In this document: positions 23,132 to 35,552 of the stretch, piece by piece
How positions within the stretch are numbered: position 1 is the first letter of the stretch
Layout of the letters: every line of letters begins with the position of its first letter
Assembly: GCA_977018835.1 (NCBI GenBank)
Contig: OZ361256.1
Span: forward strand, 6,572,001-6,636,000
Reading direction: 5' to 3'
Length of the DNA stretch: 64,000 nt
Origin: Minutocellus sp. GHC0000111
Taxonomy: Eukaryota
Notes under the pieces: generated by a model
Database searches by the model: none
What the model saw: the letters and a program-made list of their open reading frames with translations, nothing else
What the model was told of the DNA's origin: nothing
Program-made: the position numbers and the translations under genes

Positions 23132-24972
23132 TTAAGCAGATGTGGTGCGAAGAAATCTCTGTCGCTTGTCGGGGCAAACGAAGCTTGAGCACGTCGTGCA
23201 AGTCTTATAGACATGAAATGCTGTATTGCAGATGGCATCGTCCACAGGTGGTGCCTTGACATTAGCAATGGATGGATCAACATCGACGACTATTTCCTCG
23301 GGCATGGGGCGAGCAACGGTGACGGCAGCCTCTTGAGATTTCCATCCAATCTCCTTCATTGTAAGACTGATGGCCTCCTCAAGCTTTTCGCCGATTTCGT
23401 AAATGGTACCAACGTCGGTATCATAGCACGGAGTTACCATAAATCCACCCACTGGAACAAAGTAGGGAATAATACCGATGCTTTCGCAGTGCTTTCTGAA
23501 TGTAGTGATGGCTTTTGATCGAAGTCCCTCCTCCTTGTGCATGCCATTGTGAGTGAAGAGGCAGCCCCACATGAGTCCATGGCCCTGGAAGCTCAGCATG
23601 CCATCGGCGAGCGATGTGAGGTAGTCTGTAATGACTTTCATTTCTTCTCCAAGCTTGGCAATCGACGGCATGTACTCGGTGATCTCCTTAAGGACCTCTT
23701 GTCCGGTCATCAGTGCACGGGCAGACGAGCCGGCGAAGGTATGCGATTGCATGACGGAACGACCTTGGCCGCCGAGGACATCACGGCCAGACTTGAGGAT
23801 AGCTCCAGAGAGGGGGAAGGCGCCGCCTCCAATGGCCTTACCAAAGGTGAAACAGTCAGGATCCAGGCCCCAGGCCTCGCTGAGGAAGAGGGTGCCCTGT
23901 CCGTGCCTTCCGAGGCCACACATAATTTCGTCGCAGAGAATCTTGATGCCCTTCTCCTTCGCCATGGAGATGTACTTCTTCAGCAAATCCTTGGGCCAAA
24001 CGAGCCCAGTTTGTGACGAACCCCACTGAGGCTCAAACAGCATGACTCCAATCTCATCAGCATGCGTCTCAAGGAAGGCACTGTACTTGGCAAGGAGCTC
24101 CTCTTCATCGAAGGGCACTCCGGCCTCGGGCACAGGATACTTGAGCTGGTAATTCTTATGCCAAAGAGGGGATTTGCCGCCAAATGACGTGGAGGGTGGT
24201 CCGTGATAGGACTGAGCTCCGACAGCTACCATCTTACGGCGCTTATTGCCCGTCGAAAGGATGCTCACCTGAAGAAGCATGTCGATGCCAGCCCAAACGG
24301 CCGAGGCACCCTCCAGCTGAAGAGAAACGCACCAATCCAAATTCTCTTCGGCAGTCTTCCACGGAAGAAGGGGCCCAAGGGTATCGATGAAACCAGATAG
24401 GGCGGCCGGAACACCAGCAGAGGTGTGGATGGAGAGAGGGGCAGCAAAGTTGCCGGCCATCATGTCCTCCATCACCTGTCTTTCATATTCAAATCCAGGC
24501 TGAAGAAGCTTGGCCAGACGAGGGCCCGAGAAGCATTCGCTGCAGGCGAGCCCAACAGCCAGTACCTCCTCCTTCTCTCCCGATGGAAGGAGTCGGATCT
24601 GTGCGTCGTCGTGGTAATAATCGTGGTGATGCGGACACGCAATGGGAATATGGGAATTCAAGGTGAGAATATGCTCCAGATTCAATGGATTCAATTCGAT
24701 TTATTCGAATTCAAGCACGAGATGTGCTCGCTCAAGCGAAGCCAAAAAGCAACTGACGTGACGAACGCCATTCTTCCCAATTGTTATGGGCTGGGCAACA
24801 CCGGCAGGATAACGACCAGCGAAGTTGAGGTGCTTGGCGCCGACGGAGGAAGGCTGCTCTCCCTTAGATTGAAACCTTCTTCTACTTTGTCAGCGGCAGC
24901 AGCAGAATTGTCGCTGGTGACGTTCATCGTCTCGATCTGGGCGGCAACGTTTGCGATTTTCGATGGATCCAT
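23132..24972 (-). CDS. Class III PLP-dependent aminotransferase (2 exons; 5' part uncertain)
   Basis: SYHG, LFEPQWG, LCDEIMCGLGR, TFGKAIGGG, SHTFAG; probable intron about 24600-24757. Confidence 0.88.
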
Positions 24973-26223
24973 TCTCTATTGTATTTGTATAATGAAACCA
25001 GTAGTCGTTCAGGTTTGCGATTGATATTTGTAGGGGTACTCGTTATCGAGTTGAGGAATCCTCTATTGGACAAAATTAATTCTTGAGGAACAAAAGAACA
25101 ACGAGAAAGTAGATGTAAGTGAAGAAGGAGCGCAAACCACCGACAGGAAGGAGATGGGAAGGAAGTATGAGCAATATCAGCCAACAGGTAAAAAATATGT
25201 GATAATGTGCCAAGGAACGACCGAGTGCGGCCCCAATAGTCGTAAAGAACACATCCAAAGTAGGTTGAGGACGCAGAATTTGTTGAATGCGGATCGGCTA
25301 CGAGCCGCACCATGAGGGCAAAAGTAGGCCAAGAAGACAAGACAATTTTTTTCTTACCAATTGATTCGTATTAATAATAACATACCACCAGGCGATAGTT
25401 GCACTGGTTCTCTCCAGGGGAGGTGAAAGAGGGGATAGGACGTCCTTCTTTCCATGCCGATAAGTGCCGAAGATGAAGAGGGAAGAAGAGGTCGCGAAAA
25501 GGATTCGAGCTTCCGCCGAATTCGTCTCGGAGTTGCATTTCGCCACGTCGACACGTACGAAAAGAGTCGATCGAGTCGAGTCAAGTCGATTACGATAACG
25601 TGGAACCATTCACCTTTTCAGTGAACTGATTTTGTGGAGGAAGACCACCGACCGGAGGATACGGTAATAATGTTGCAATCAATTGTGCCCACGCACATGC
25701 ACTCTGTACATGTACACCAACATGTATGACAATTTGCTTCATAAACGCTTATCAATGGACATAATATAAGCAGGCGGTTGAACGAGAAGAAAGGAGATCT
25801 ATATGTACATGTACCGACATGTTGTTCGAGGCTCGAGAGGAGAGGCAGCTAGGGTCGCTGAGGAGGCAAAGAATCATTTTGAGACTGGTAGGTGCTCTGA
25901 TAGTGACGGATTCTCGGCTCGTCATTCGAGTCGAGAATATGGTTACTATGAGCAGTTTAGAGGATTTAGAAGTGGACCTGAACGGCGCTATGAGTAATTA
26001 TTTGCGGCTGGTTTCGCCTGTCCTGCTTTCTTCGCTCCTCATCTTTTGATCATGTCGATCCTATACACGTCTACGTAGAAAATCGTTATACATGTACCGA
26101 TAGATCTACCATGAAAATGGAGGTATATAGAACTAGATCTACATGTAGATCTACCCCGGTGATGCTTCTTATCCAAAAAAATGATCTACCATCACGGAAC
26201 CGTGCCCTAATCACGGTACTTTG

Positions 26224-28881
26224 CTATGATTTCCTCCTCTTCTGCTTTCGAGAGAGGGCAAACTTGTGCTTTCGTTTCCAATCCAACGTCAAAGTCTTTC
26301 TTTCCTCTTGCCATGCGCTCTGACTCTCTGGATCAGCCTTCATAGATTCGTAATCTTCAAGGATCTGCTTTCCTTCGTTCATATGGAAGAAGGATTGCTC
26401 GAGCTCGTCCATAACATCCTCCGGAAGAAGAAGTCCACGTCTTCTCTTTAATGCGATTTCTGGTTCCTTGCTAGGTGGTGCGCGGAGACTTTCCGTTGAA
26501 CCGTCGATTTGATCATGACCGGGCTGGACTACATCCTTTGCATCTGAGCCCTGCTCGTCGGTTCCAGCGGGCATGTTGAATGAGAAGCTGAAACCAGATG
26601 CTGACTTGCCCCCTATGGCCATTTCGGTAGAAGGATCGTCGGCCTTACCATTGTCGCCACCTCCAACATTGAATCCAAAGCTAAATCCCGATGCCGATTC
26701 CTTTGTGTTTGATTCCGGTTCAGGTTGTTGGGCACTGCCCAAGTCTCCGAAGAGCTGACTCATCTGAAAGCCCCCAGATACTCCTCCTGTTCGAGCCTCT
26801 TGGAAGATGCCTTCAAGCTTATCTTGTTCGTATACTTCTTTCTTGTCATCCACATCTCGATCCTCAGCGCCCATTTCTTTGTCAACTTCCATCTGATCAT
26901 CGGCGACATTTTCCTTCTTTGTGCCCTCTTCTACACTTTCATTGTCGTCCTCGCTTTCGTCATCAGTGTCTTCGCTGCTTGTGGATGAATTGGCAGATAA
27001 ATCGTTGGACCCATCAGCCTCCTCCTCCTCCTCCTTTGCATCTGACCCCGAATCGGAGGTTTCATCACCGGTGGCTTCTTTTACTTCACTTTCTCGTTTC
27101 GTCTCAGACACTTCCACCTCAAATTTGGCAGACTTGCTATCATTTGGATCGTATCGCTGCATGAGACCAGTGACTCCCCATCCAGGTCGAGATACCTGAG
27201 GCGTAAATCCATCTGCCTGGGTATTTGTTTCTCCATCTTCATCGGGGGCACTTGGCTGGTTCGCTTTGATTCTTGCCATATCAGGGAAGAGCTGTCCAAG
27301 GACGTTGAGATTTGCTGACACATCATTATCCAACTGATAGTCTTCTCCTCCATCATTGTTTGTGATGAGAGCGTCCTCCTCTTCTCCGCCCTGGCTGTCA
27401 TTGAATACGTCTCCACCGGTAAAGTCGACAGCTGATGAAAACTCATCATAATCCGTAGGCCTTGAGCATTCTTTGCACCCATCTGGTTTGTCGTAATCGA
27501 CCGGTTTTAGCGACGAGAAGGAACGACCTATGTCTCTGGGTCCACGGATCGGCTGGTGCGGACCTTCATCATCACTGCTATCGTCAACACTGGAGTCGTC
27601 GTCAGACCAAGCATATCCACCAGCTGTTGGCACAGCTTTTGACAGGTCTTCCTTTTTTGTATCGACCAGGGCCTTGGTGCTTGGTCCATCGTTTGATACT
27701 ACGCTACCGTCGTCTGAATCATCAGATGAGGCGTCTTCTTCGTCAATATTCGTTTTATCCGCAAGGCCCTTGTTCGCCTCATCAGCACTACTTTCATCGT
27801 CGCCGTCATCATCTGACCAAGTATAATCGTTCTTTGCCTCTGCATCGTCCAAATTGCGGCCATCATCACTGCTATCAGAATCAGAAGAGGTAGTAGAAGA
27901 TTCATCACCGATGCTACTTTCCTCGACCATCACCTCATGACGAGCGTTGTTTGAATTGTTCTCATCCTTTCGCTTGGACGACGAGATGTCGTCTGCTTTG
28001 AAAGCAGCATCATTCTCAGCATCCTCGTCAAATCGCACATGAACGGCTCGATTCAGGAACACCTTGGCATTGAGACTGCCAACATCTTCAATGGAATCGG
28101 CATCGATGCCACCCTTCGGACCACGGCCCTTGGCCTGACGTTTGAGGCGTCGTTTCTGCTCGGCATATTGATCAGCGTGCTTGGCTCTCTTCCTTCGAAG
28201 CTTCTCGAGTGCTGTTCCAAAGTTTTCCCACTGTGTTTCGGATGCACTTCGCCTTGCGTTCCGATGGTTTGATTCTGCCCTGCTTTTCCACTTATTTCCG
28301 CCAGGGGCGTCTGTATCATCGACCGCAGTGCTGCCGACGTCAATGGGCTTCGTATCAACTTTAAAAGCTTCCTCGCCGTGACGACGGCGGATGCGTAGGT
28401 TGCGAGGAAGATTTGCTACACTTGGCGCAGCTTCTTCGGCAGCTAAGTCATTTTCGTCGTCGCTCGCCTTTGCATCCTCCGATTGCTGATCCTCCTCCAT
28501 TTCTTGCCTCTCCTTTCTTTCACGCTCCTCCCGCTCCAATCGAAGGCGGTCCAAAAAATGAGGTTTCGCCTCTTCCACACGCAATGTGCAGCCCTTCCAC
28601 TTGACATTATTATATACCTTGGACAGAACCTGTAGAGGAGATGCCTTTGCAGACGTGGCAGCGGACTCAGCCGTGTCATCTTCCTCTGCTGGTGGGCATC
28701 TTGCATTCAGATAGAAGAATGATGGGCCCGTATTGACGAAGCAATCGTCACTCGGCTTGCTGGCAGGAGTCTCGATCGACACCACATCAACCAGCCGACG
28801 AAGGCGTGACGATACGTCGTCGACGGTCAAGCGCTGTGGATCGATGCCGCCGATGTAGATGCGCTGAATACCGGACGTCAT
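26224..28881 (-). CDS. Nucleolar protein 8-like (N-terminal RRM, acidic linker)
   Basis: RIYIGGI...YNNVKWKGCTLRVEEAKPHFLDRLRLERE; C-terminal WQEERKTLTLDWKRKHK. Confidence 0.8.
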   Translation of the reverse strand: MTSGIQRIYIGGIDPQRLTVDDVSSRLRRLVDVVSIETPASKPSDDCFVNTGPSFFYLNARCPPAEEDDTAESAATSAKASPLQVLSKVYNNVKWKGCTLRVEEAKPHFLDRLRLEREERERKERQEMEEDQQSEDAKASDDENDLAAEEAAPSVANLPRNLRIRRRHGEEAFKVDTKPIDVGSTAVDDTDAPGGNKWKSRAESNHRNARRSASETQWENFGTALEKLRRKRAKHADQYAEQKRRLKRQAKGRGPKGGIDADSIEDVGSLNAKVFLNRAVHVRFDEDAENDAAFKADDISSSKRKDENNSNNARHEVMVEESSIGDESSTTSSDSDSSDDGRNLDDAEAKNDYTWSDDDGDDESSADEANKGLADKTNIDEEDASSDDSDDGSVVSNDGPSTKALVDTKKEDLSKAVPTAGGYAWSDDDSSVDDSSDDEGPHQPIRGPRDIGRSFSSLKPVDYDKPDGCKECSRPTDYDEFSSAVDFTGGDVFNDSQGGEEEDALITNNDGGEDYQLDNDVSANLNVLGQLFPDMARIKANQPSAPDEDGETNTQADGFTPQVSRPGWGVTGLMQRYDPNDSKSAKFEVEVSETKRESEVKEATGDETSDSGSDAKEEEEEADGSNDLSANSSTSSEDTDDESEDDNESVEEGTKKENVADDQMEVDKEMGAEDRDVDDKKEVYEQDKLEGIFQEARTGGVSGGFQMSQLFGDLGSAQQPEPESNTKESASGFSFGFNVGGGDNGKADDPSTEMAIGGKSASGFSFSFNMPAGTDEQGSDAKDVVQPGHDQIDGSTESLRAPPSKEPEIALKRRRGLLLPEDVMDELEQSFFHMNEGKQILEDYESMKADPESQSAWQEERKTLTLDWKRKHKFALSRKQKRRKS

Positions 28882-29285
28882 GGTGGTGGTTGTGAGGTGT
28901 GGTAAAAAAATTTCACGGCCCTGGGCGGTCGCCGAACGAAGAACAGACGGTCGCATCAAAATCGCGACCGTGCGACCGGGGGGCCGGCAGCAGCAACAAC
29001 ACACACCGCACCGACCGATAGAACAAAGGATTACCGGTACATGTATGAATTTCCGGCCACTATGTAGTAGTACACGATCAAAAGAGGTAGCCAGCAGTAG
29101 ACCTACAAATGTATGCAGCGCCTAAGTTACCGGTAGGAATCTTTATACGATCGCACGAAATGAAAAAGATTGACGTCGCGGTACGGTACATATATATGTA
29201 GCCTAACCCAAGGTAAGTCTCTAAGTTTGCTGCCTTTTGTGTTGAAATCACAACCCCCCACTGGAGCCAACCAGTCCATCCATTT

Positions 29286-32200
29286 CTATTGCTGGGAAGG
29301 AACAGGAGCAGGAGCGGGTGCCGGCTCAACAATGGCTTCCGCCATTACCACATCCTCTGAAACACTGGCATCAGCACCAGCAGAGGCGGGTGCTGCTGCT
29401 GCTGCTGGGGGCGCTGGTACGGGATCATTCTCCTTCGTCTTGGAATCATCCACCGCTGATGGCACGGGCTCAGCCTTGGGAGCAGCTTCAGCCTTGGTTG
29501 GGACCGGAGTAGTTTTGCCACTTTCGGATTCCTTCGGCTTCTTGGCAGTCTTTTTCTTCGGGGCGGACTGCTTCTTGATTCTTTCCTCTTTACGGATTGC
29601 CTTCTTCTCTCGAGCCTCACGTTGACGATGAGCTTGGGCGATCAGAACTCTCCTCTGTCCATTTTCCTTTTCGATCTTGGCGAGCTCCTGTTCGAGCATC
29701 TCCGCTTGCTGGGCCAAATTCTTGCACCGATCTTCCAACTTGGATGGACCCTCGGTATCGATCTTGTCCCAGGGCTTCTTGACGGGCTCCTCTCCCTTGC
29801 CAACTGGCATTTCAGCGTATCCTGCTGCAGCCCGGAATGCAAGAGCCATACCGAGGAGACTCGTCGATTCGACAGCACTTGATGGAAGGGTGGCGGCGCT
29901 GCTGAAGCCAAGGCCGGCCAAATCGTCCTTCTTGGCAATGCGCGTCAAGTAACCGCGAACCACGGCAGTGGCGCGCTCCTTCTTGTCGGGAATACCACCA
30001 GGCGTGCGACCGCCCTTCTTGACGGTCTCCAAGGCTGATATCTTGGCCTTCTTGGCCTTCTTTTCCATCATTTCGCGATCCCTCTCGCGCTTCTTCCTCC
30101 TCTTCTCCAGTTCCTTCTGCTGCTTTTGCATCTCGCGCTCGATCTTCTTGTTCTCGGCCTTGCCCTTGGTGGCCTCGACTTTCTTCTTCTTGGCGGCGTC
30201 GGCTTCCTTCTTTTTCTCCTGCTCGGCCTTCTTCTTCTTTTGGAGGGCCTTGGCCTTCTCAGTCTTCACCTTCTTGATGGCAGCGACGCGCTTCTTGGCC
30301 AGCTTTCGGCCGGCGACACTGTAGTCGAGCATACCTTCGGTGGATAAAAGCTCCGCAATCTCCTCTTCATCAGAAATGGTTCCATCGAGGGTATCATCGT
30401 CGGCGGAAGGAGATGCAGCTGCCCAGGAGGGTGCACCATCGGCAGAAGCTGCACCTGCGTCCTTAACAGCACTGTCGCCCTCGGCTTCGGACTGGCAAAG
30501 AACGTCGTAGGAGTAGTGGTCGTCGTTGTCCTCGTCGTCGGAGAGGTAGAGATCGCCACAAGTATCGCTGAGCTGCATCTCGAACTCCTCGAGAGCCCAA
30601 CGACCCTCCTCAACGGCCTTCTGCCGAAGTCGTTCGGTTTGTGGATTGATCCGATGATCGCGCGTGTGATGCTTCTTTTTCTTGAGACCCTGGGGGCCTC
30701 CTACGTGCGTATCTGGATCTTCTTCCGGGTCAAACTGCTCAATGATATCGGACTCCTTGCACCAGGTGAATTCATGCGTACCAAGGAACTCAACGAGGAA
30801 GAAACTCATACGCTCGGCCTTGCCGGTACTCTGCCTTTTGAGGGCAGTGACTGCCTTGCGCTTGCCGGCTTCCAGCTGCTGCCGAAGACTTTCGGGGAGA
30901 CGGCCCTCGTTCCGCTCCGTGAGGGCATTGTGCCAGTCTTCTCTCTGATCTTCTGGGGCCATGATGCCCAAGACCAGTGCGGGCCAGTAGGGCTTCTTGC
31001 TCCATTCGCGGGCCCAGATGCACGCAGCCATGCAGCCCCAAACACTGGATTGGTTCACTCCACGACAATTGGTCTCGAAGATTGGCACTACGATCTTGCC
31101 CATGAGCCGGTTGAGCCTGTCACTCAGCTTCTTCCGAAGTTCCGCGTTGTCTGCGAACACCTCGGTGGAATAGCAATTCTTCAGGTCAGTCTGGAGCTCT
31201 GCGACGGTGTACTCCTCATTCTCGTTGGCCAACTCAGTCATCTTCTCCTTGAGCTTTGTCAGTCCATCAACGACGGCATCGTAGGCCTTCTTAATAGCCA
31301 CCTCATCGGCGCTTTCCATTCCCGTCATGGGTGAGACGATGGGCTCTCCGTCAAGGCCGTCTACCATACCGTTGGCATCGGTAAAGTTTTCAATCTCGGT
31401 GGCAACGCGTTCGAGGGTACGGTTGCTCAGAGCAGTGGTGGAGGTAGCCACAATCCTCTTCTTTCTGCGTTCGTCGCGTGTTTTAAAGGATTGGTGGTAC
31501 GCAGCCTCAGTCGGGTTGGCCTTGGTCTTTGCCGATTTGGTCGCCGAACCTGGCGCCTCGGATGGAAGCATGTATTCCTCCCACAAAGCGTTGAAGTAGT
31601 CACGCAGGTGGAGGGCGATCGAAACGAACGATGGGATGGCACCCTCTCGGGTGGACGGGTGGCAATGGAATTTGATGCAGTTGGCAAAGATGCGCCAGAT
31701 ATCCAATCGGACGGCACGAGTGTCCTTGTACTCCCGACGTCGGATGGAGCGGCAGACCTTGGACAGGTCTACGGGATGCTTGACGACCTTGCTGTAAACA
31801 GGAACAAGCTCGGGATGGAGAGACGATACTGGTCGACTAAACTCGGCCAAAAGGGGGACACGGCAGAACTGATTCATTAAAGCCTCCAGATTGTCGTAAT
31901 CCTGGCTTGTTATGGGAGGGACGGGATCGTCAAGGCTGGGGATGGGACCCTTGAGAGCAGGACCGGTACCACCGCCTCCTGCGGGCGTTTTGCGCTTGGT
32001 CGCTGCAGCCGTCGCACCCTTCTTGGGCGTAGTGCCGCCCTTGCCCTTTGCGCCGCCACCACCACTGGCGGCGGTTGACTTCGCCTTGGACTTGGCTTTC
32101 GCTTTGGCAGGTGCCGAGGCTGCAGCATTGGCCTTCTTCGCTTCGAGAGCAGCAGCAACTGTGGCCTCGGCGGTCGATACTGGCGGTGCCGCTTGAGTGG

Positions 32201-33655
32201 GTGCGGATACAGCTCCAGTCGCTGTAGGAGCCGCGGCCAATGGCGCCGGTGCAGCAGGGGCTGAAGCCTGGACAACAGGAGCTGCCGCGGCTGCAGTTGG
32301 AGCAGGTACTGCAGCCGGTGGAGCAACCGCGGCAGCAGCAGCGGCAGCTGCAGGAGGATGCGAATGCGGAGCAGCTGCAGCAGCCACCGCGGCAGCGGGA
32401 TGGTGATGGGGAACCGCGGCAGCACCAGCTGATGCCGCAGCCGCCAGCCGAGCGTGGGCGGCCCGAGCGGCCTCGGCCTCGGCGGCCAAGATGGCAGCCC
32501 GTTCGCGGTCGGCAGCTTGCTGCACCAGTATGTCGGTCTCGTACGCAAGGAGCTGCTGCTGCCTCCTCTCTACCTCGGCCCGATTGAGCATTTCGGCGGC
32601 CGCCATTTGTCTAGCGTCTGTATAATTTGTTTGTTTGTTTGTTTGTTTTGCATGTTCGAGAGAGGGAATAATGATTGGATTAGACCGATTGATTGAGGAG
32701 TGGATATTTATCATAATATCAGTTGCATTGCACACGATGAGATGCTCATCGATAGGATGCACAATACTATTGCATAAATCACAAACAACAGCAGTCAACG
32801 TACAGTTAAACTCCTCTTCCACCTGGAGCTGAGTTGCCAGCTGATGACGACGCTGGTGCAGTGCCATCTCCAGCTCCCGCTGTCGGGCGTCGAGGGCATA
32901 GTGGTAGGAATCGGCGGCGGCAGCGGCGGCGGGGATGCCACCACCTGCTGCAATGTGAAAGAGGGCAGAAGAGAGATAAGATTGGAGTTAGATACGACGT
33001 AAACATTACAATAGAACGCATCTCGTAGATACCATCGAATCAATCCAAGTTTGTGGTCTTTTATGGCGCTATTAATACTCACCACCGTAGGCGGCATAGG
33101 CCGAAGCTGCATGAGCGTGGTTCGGATGTGGAACTGCGGCGGGTGGCGTTTACATTTTGGTAAAATGGACGAAAGTGAGCAGCAATCAAAATTGTAAGTT
33201 AAAGCACGAACAGAATACGAAAGAAAGGAAAGGAATGCATCCATGCAATTGGAAGAGTATATATCATCTTCATCGTGCAGCCCTTCAATTCCAATTCAAG
33301 TCGGGCACCGCAGTTCAGTTCCCGAGAGTTTTTGGCGGTATCTCCCGGGTTCAAGTTAGGTGCCTCTTGCAATTTGCCAATTTGCAAACACTCGGGCTGC
33401 CCAACGCGCATGCGCAGACTAAACAGACCCAGCCCAACACATGCGCAGCCAAGGTTCACCAAGTAACCTACCTCCGGCAACCGCCGCGGCGTGGTGCTGG
33501 GCAGCGGCAGCCGAGCCTGCCGGGGCGGCACCCCCTGCGGCGGTCGGGGGTTGCTGCTGGGCTCCGGCCGCCTGCCGTGCGGGAGATGCTCGCTGCTGGC
33601 CGGCACCGGGGGCGCCGGGCGGCGGGGGCTGGCCTCCTGGAGCGCCGTTGTACAT
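29286..33655 (-). CDS. Bromodomain + PWWP chromatin protein (3 exons)
   Basis: FSRPV...YSKVVKHPVDL...IFANCIKF bromodomain; PYWPALV...FLVEFLGTHEFTW PWWP. GT-AG introns join 33472-33655, about 32803-32944 and 29286-about 32617 in frame. Confidence 0.88.
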
Positions 33656-33967
33656 GGCTTGGACCTTGGTTAGTGGAGTAGTTAGGTGGTCTTTGCGGAT
33701 CGGATACGTTCGCCGCGGATTTTGAATGCGCCTTGCCTCATTATTTTACCAAGGCGGTGGTCGGTCCGACGTGGGAAAACTAGAAAACCAATGACGCAAC
33801 TTCGAAAGCCCTTCCCCTGCCACAAAAACCAGCTCATTTTCGCCGAATGCGAAGGCTTGGCGGTGGCCTGGATATTAGAATATTGCCGCCTCTTTCCGCA
33901 GGCTCTCAGGGCCCTTGAGATTTCTAACACGTAGAGAAGGTATCTCGGTCTCGGCTCGACACACACC

Positions 33968-35290
33968 ATGCCTCCCCTCCCATCCCCCTCGGCGCTGCCC
34001 TCCCCCGCCACCCTGCCGTACCTGACCAAGCTGGCCACCAACCCCCACGCCTCGGTCGGCAAGTGGATACTGGGCACGGGGGGGCTCGTCGCTGGCATGG
34101 TCCACGTCGGAGGCGTCACCCGCCTGACCAAGTCGGGCCTGAGCATGACCGATTGGAAGCCCCTCGGCAGTCTGCCCCCCCTCACCACCGAGGAGTGGAC
34201 GGTGGAGTTCGAACGCTACAAGCAGTTCCCGGAGTGGCAGCAGCGGCAGTCCATGACGCTCGACGAGTTCAAGTACATCTTCTACTGGGAGTGGGGCCAC
34301 CGGATGCTCGGGCGGACGGTCGGCCTGGCCTTTGCGGCGCCGTGGGCCTACTTTGCCATGCGGGGGAGAATTCCCGTCGGATATCACGGCCGGATGGTCA
34401 CCCTCTTCGCCATGGGGGGGACGCAGGGATTGGTCGGGTGGTGGATGGTCAAGTCGGGACTGGGGGACGATCGGCGTGGAGATCGGCACGAGATTCGGGT
34501 CAGCCCCTACCGATTGGCCGCTCATCTGGGCATGGCCGTTGCTACCTACGGTACCCTGGTGTACACTGGGTTGGGAATATTGTCGGTCCCCAACGATGCT
34601 GCTGCGACCGCTACTGCCACGTCGGCATCGAGCAAACTGCAACAATTGGCGCAAAGTCTGTCCTCGTCGGCCATGGCACACGCTCGCAAGCTTCGGGTGG
34701 GTGCCGTTGGAGTTACCGGCCTTACCTTCGCCACCATCCTGTCCGGTGCCTTCGTGGCCGGTAACGATGCTGGCAATGCCTACAACACCTTCCCCAAAAT
34801 GAACGATCAATGGATCCCTCGCGAAGATATGGTAGACCCAACACTGGAGCCTCGGTGGCGCAACATGTTTGAGACGACCGCGACCGTCCAATGGAACCAT
34901 CGAGTTCTTGGTACGTCAACGGCTGTATCGGCCCTCACTCTGGCGGGACTTGGTTTGGCCCATCCCGCCGCCAGGAGTGCCGTGACGCCTCAGGCACGGC
35001 GTGGATTGCAGGTATTGGGTGGGGTGGCCGTTGGGCAGATGAGTTTGGGCGTAGCGACGCTTCTGAACTACGTTCCATTGGGCCTTGCTGCGGCGCATCA
35101 GTTGGGATCGCTCGCCGTCCTAACCAGTGGTCTGTACGTGGCCCATTCTCTGCGATATGCCAGCCCGGCCTTAATACGAGGTGCTGTCCGAAAGGCGGCA
35201 GCTTCGGCATCCTCTTCTTCTGCTGCTACTGCCGGCGGAGGGATTGGTAAGGGCGCCCCGGCCATGGCCATCAAGGCGGCAGCCAAGTAG
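33968..35290 (+). CDS. COX15: Heme A synthase
   Basis: GGVTRLTKSGLSMTDW, WEWGHRMLGR, GWWMVKSGL, RVSPYRLAAHL, GAFVAGNDAG, QWNHR, AHQ. Confidence 0.97.
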   Translation: MPPLPSPSALPSPATLPYLTKLATNPHASVGKWILGTGGLVAGMVHVGGVTRLTKSGLSMTDWKPLGSLPPLTTEEWTVEFERYKQFPEWQQRQSMTLDEFKYIFYWEWGHRMLGRTVGLAFAAPWAYFAMRGRIPVGYHGRMVTLFAMGGTQGLVGWWMVKSGLGDDRRGDRHEIRVSPYRLAAHLGMAVATYGTLVYTGLGILSVPNDAAATATATSASSKLQQLAQSLSSSAMAHARKLRVGAVGVTGLTFATILSGAFVAGNDAGNAYNTFPKMNDQWIPREDMVDPTLEPRWRNMFETTATVQWNHRVLGTSTAVSALTLAGLGLAHPAARSAVTPQARRGLQVLGGVAVGQMSLGVATLLNYVPLGLAAAHQLGSLAVLTSGLYVAHSLRYASPALIRGAVRKAAASASSSSAATAGGGIGKGAPAMAIKAAAK

Positions 35291-35552
35291 ATAATTAGAC
35301 TAAGCCATACGATCGTAATATTAATGAGCAATATTATTGATAAGACTCGCCTTTTAGACAGTAATGACTCAAATCTGTCTGGATTTTCTGCCTACGTGAA
35401 GCATCTGTTCTAGCTAGCTACGTACTAAGTACGAGTGGCTAGTTTCATCGCCAGAACTTTGTTCATCATGGTACTGTGGCTGGCCAGTTAATTTGTTAAC
35501 TCAGTTCCTCTATTATTATTTACATCCTCTATTGCCGAATTCATTCATTTTC

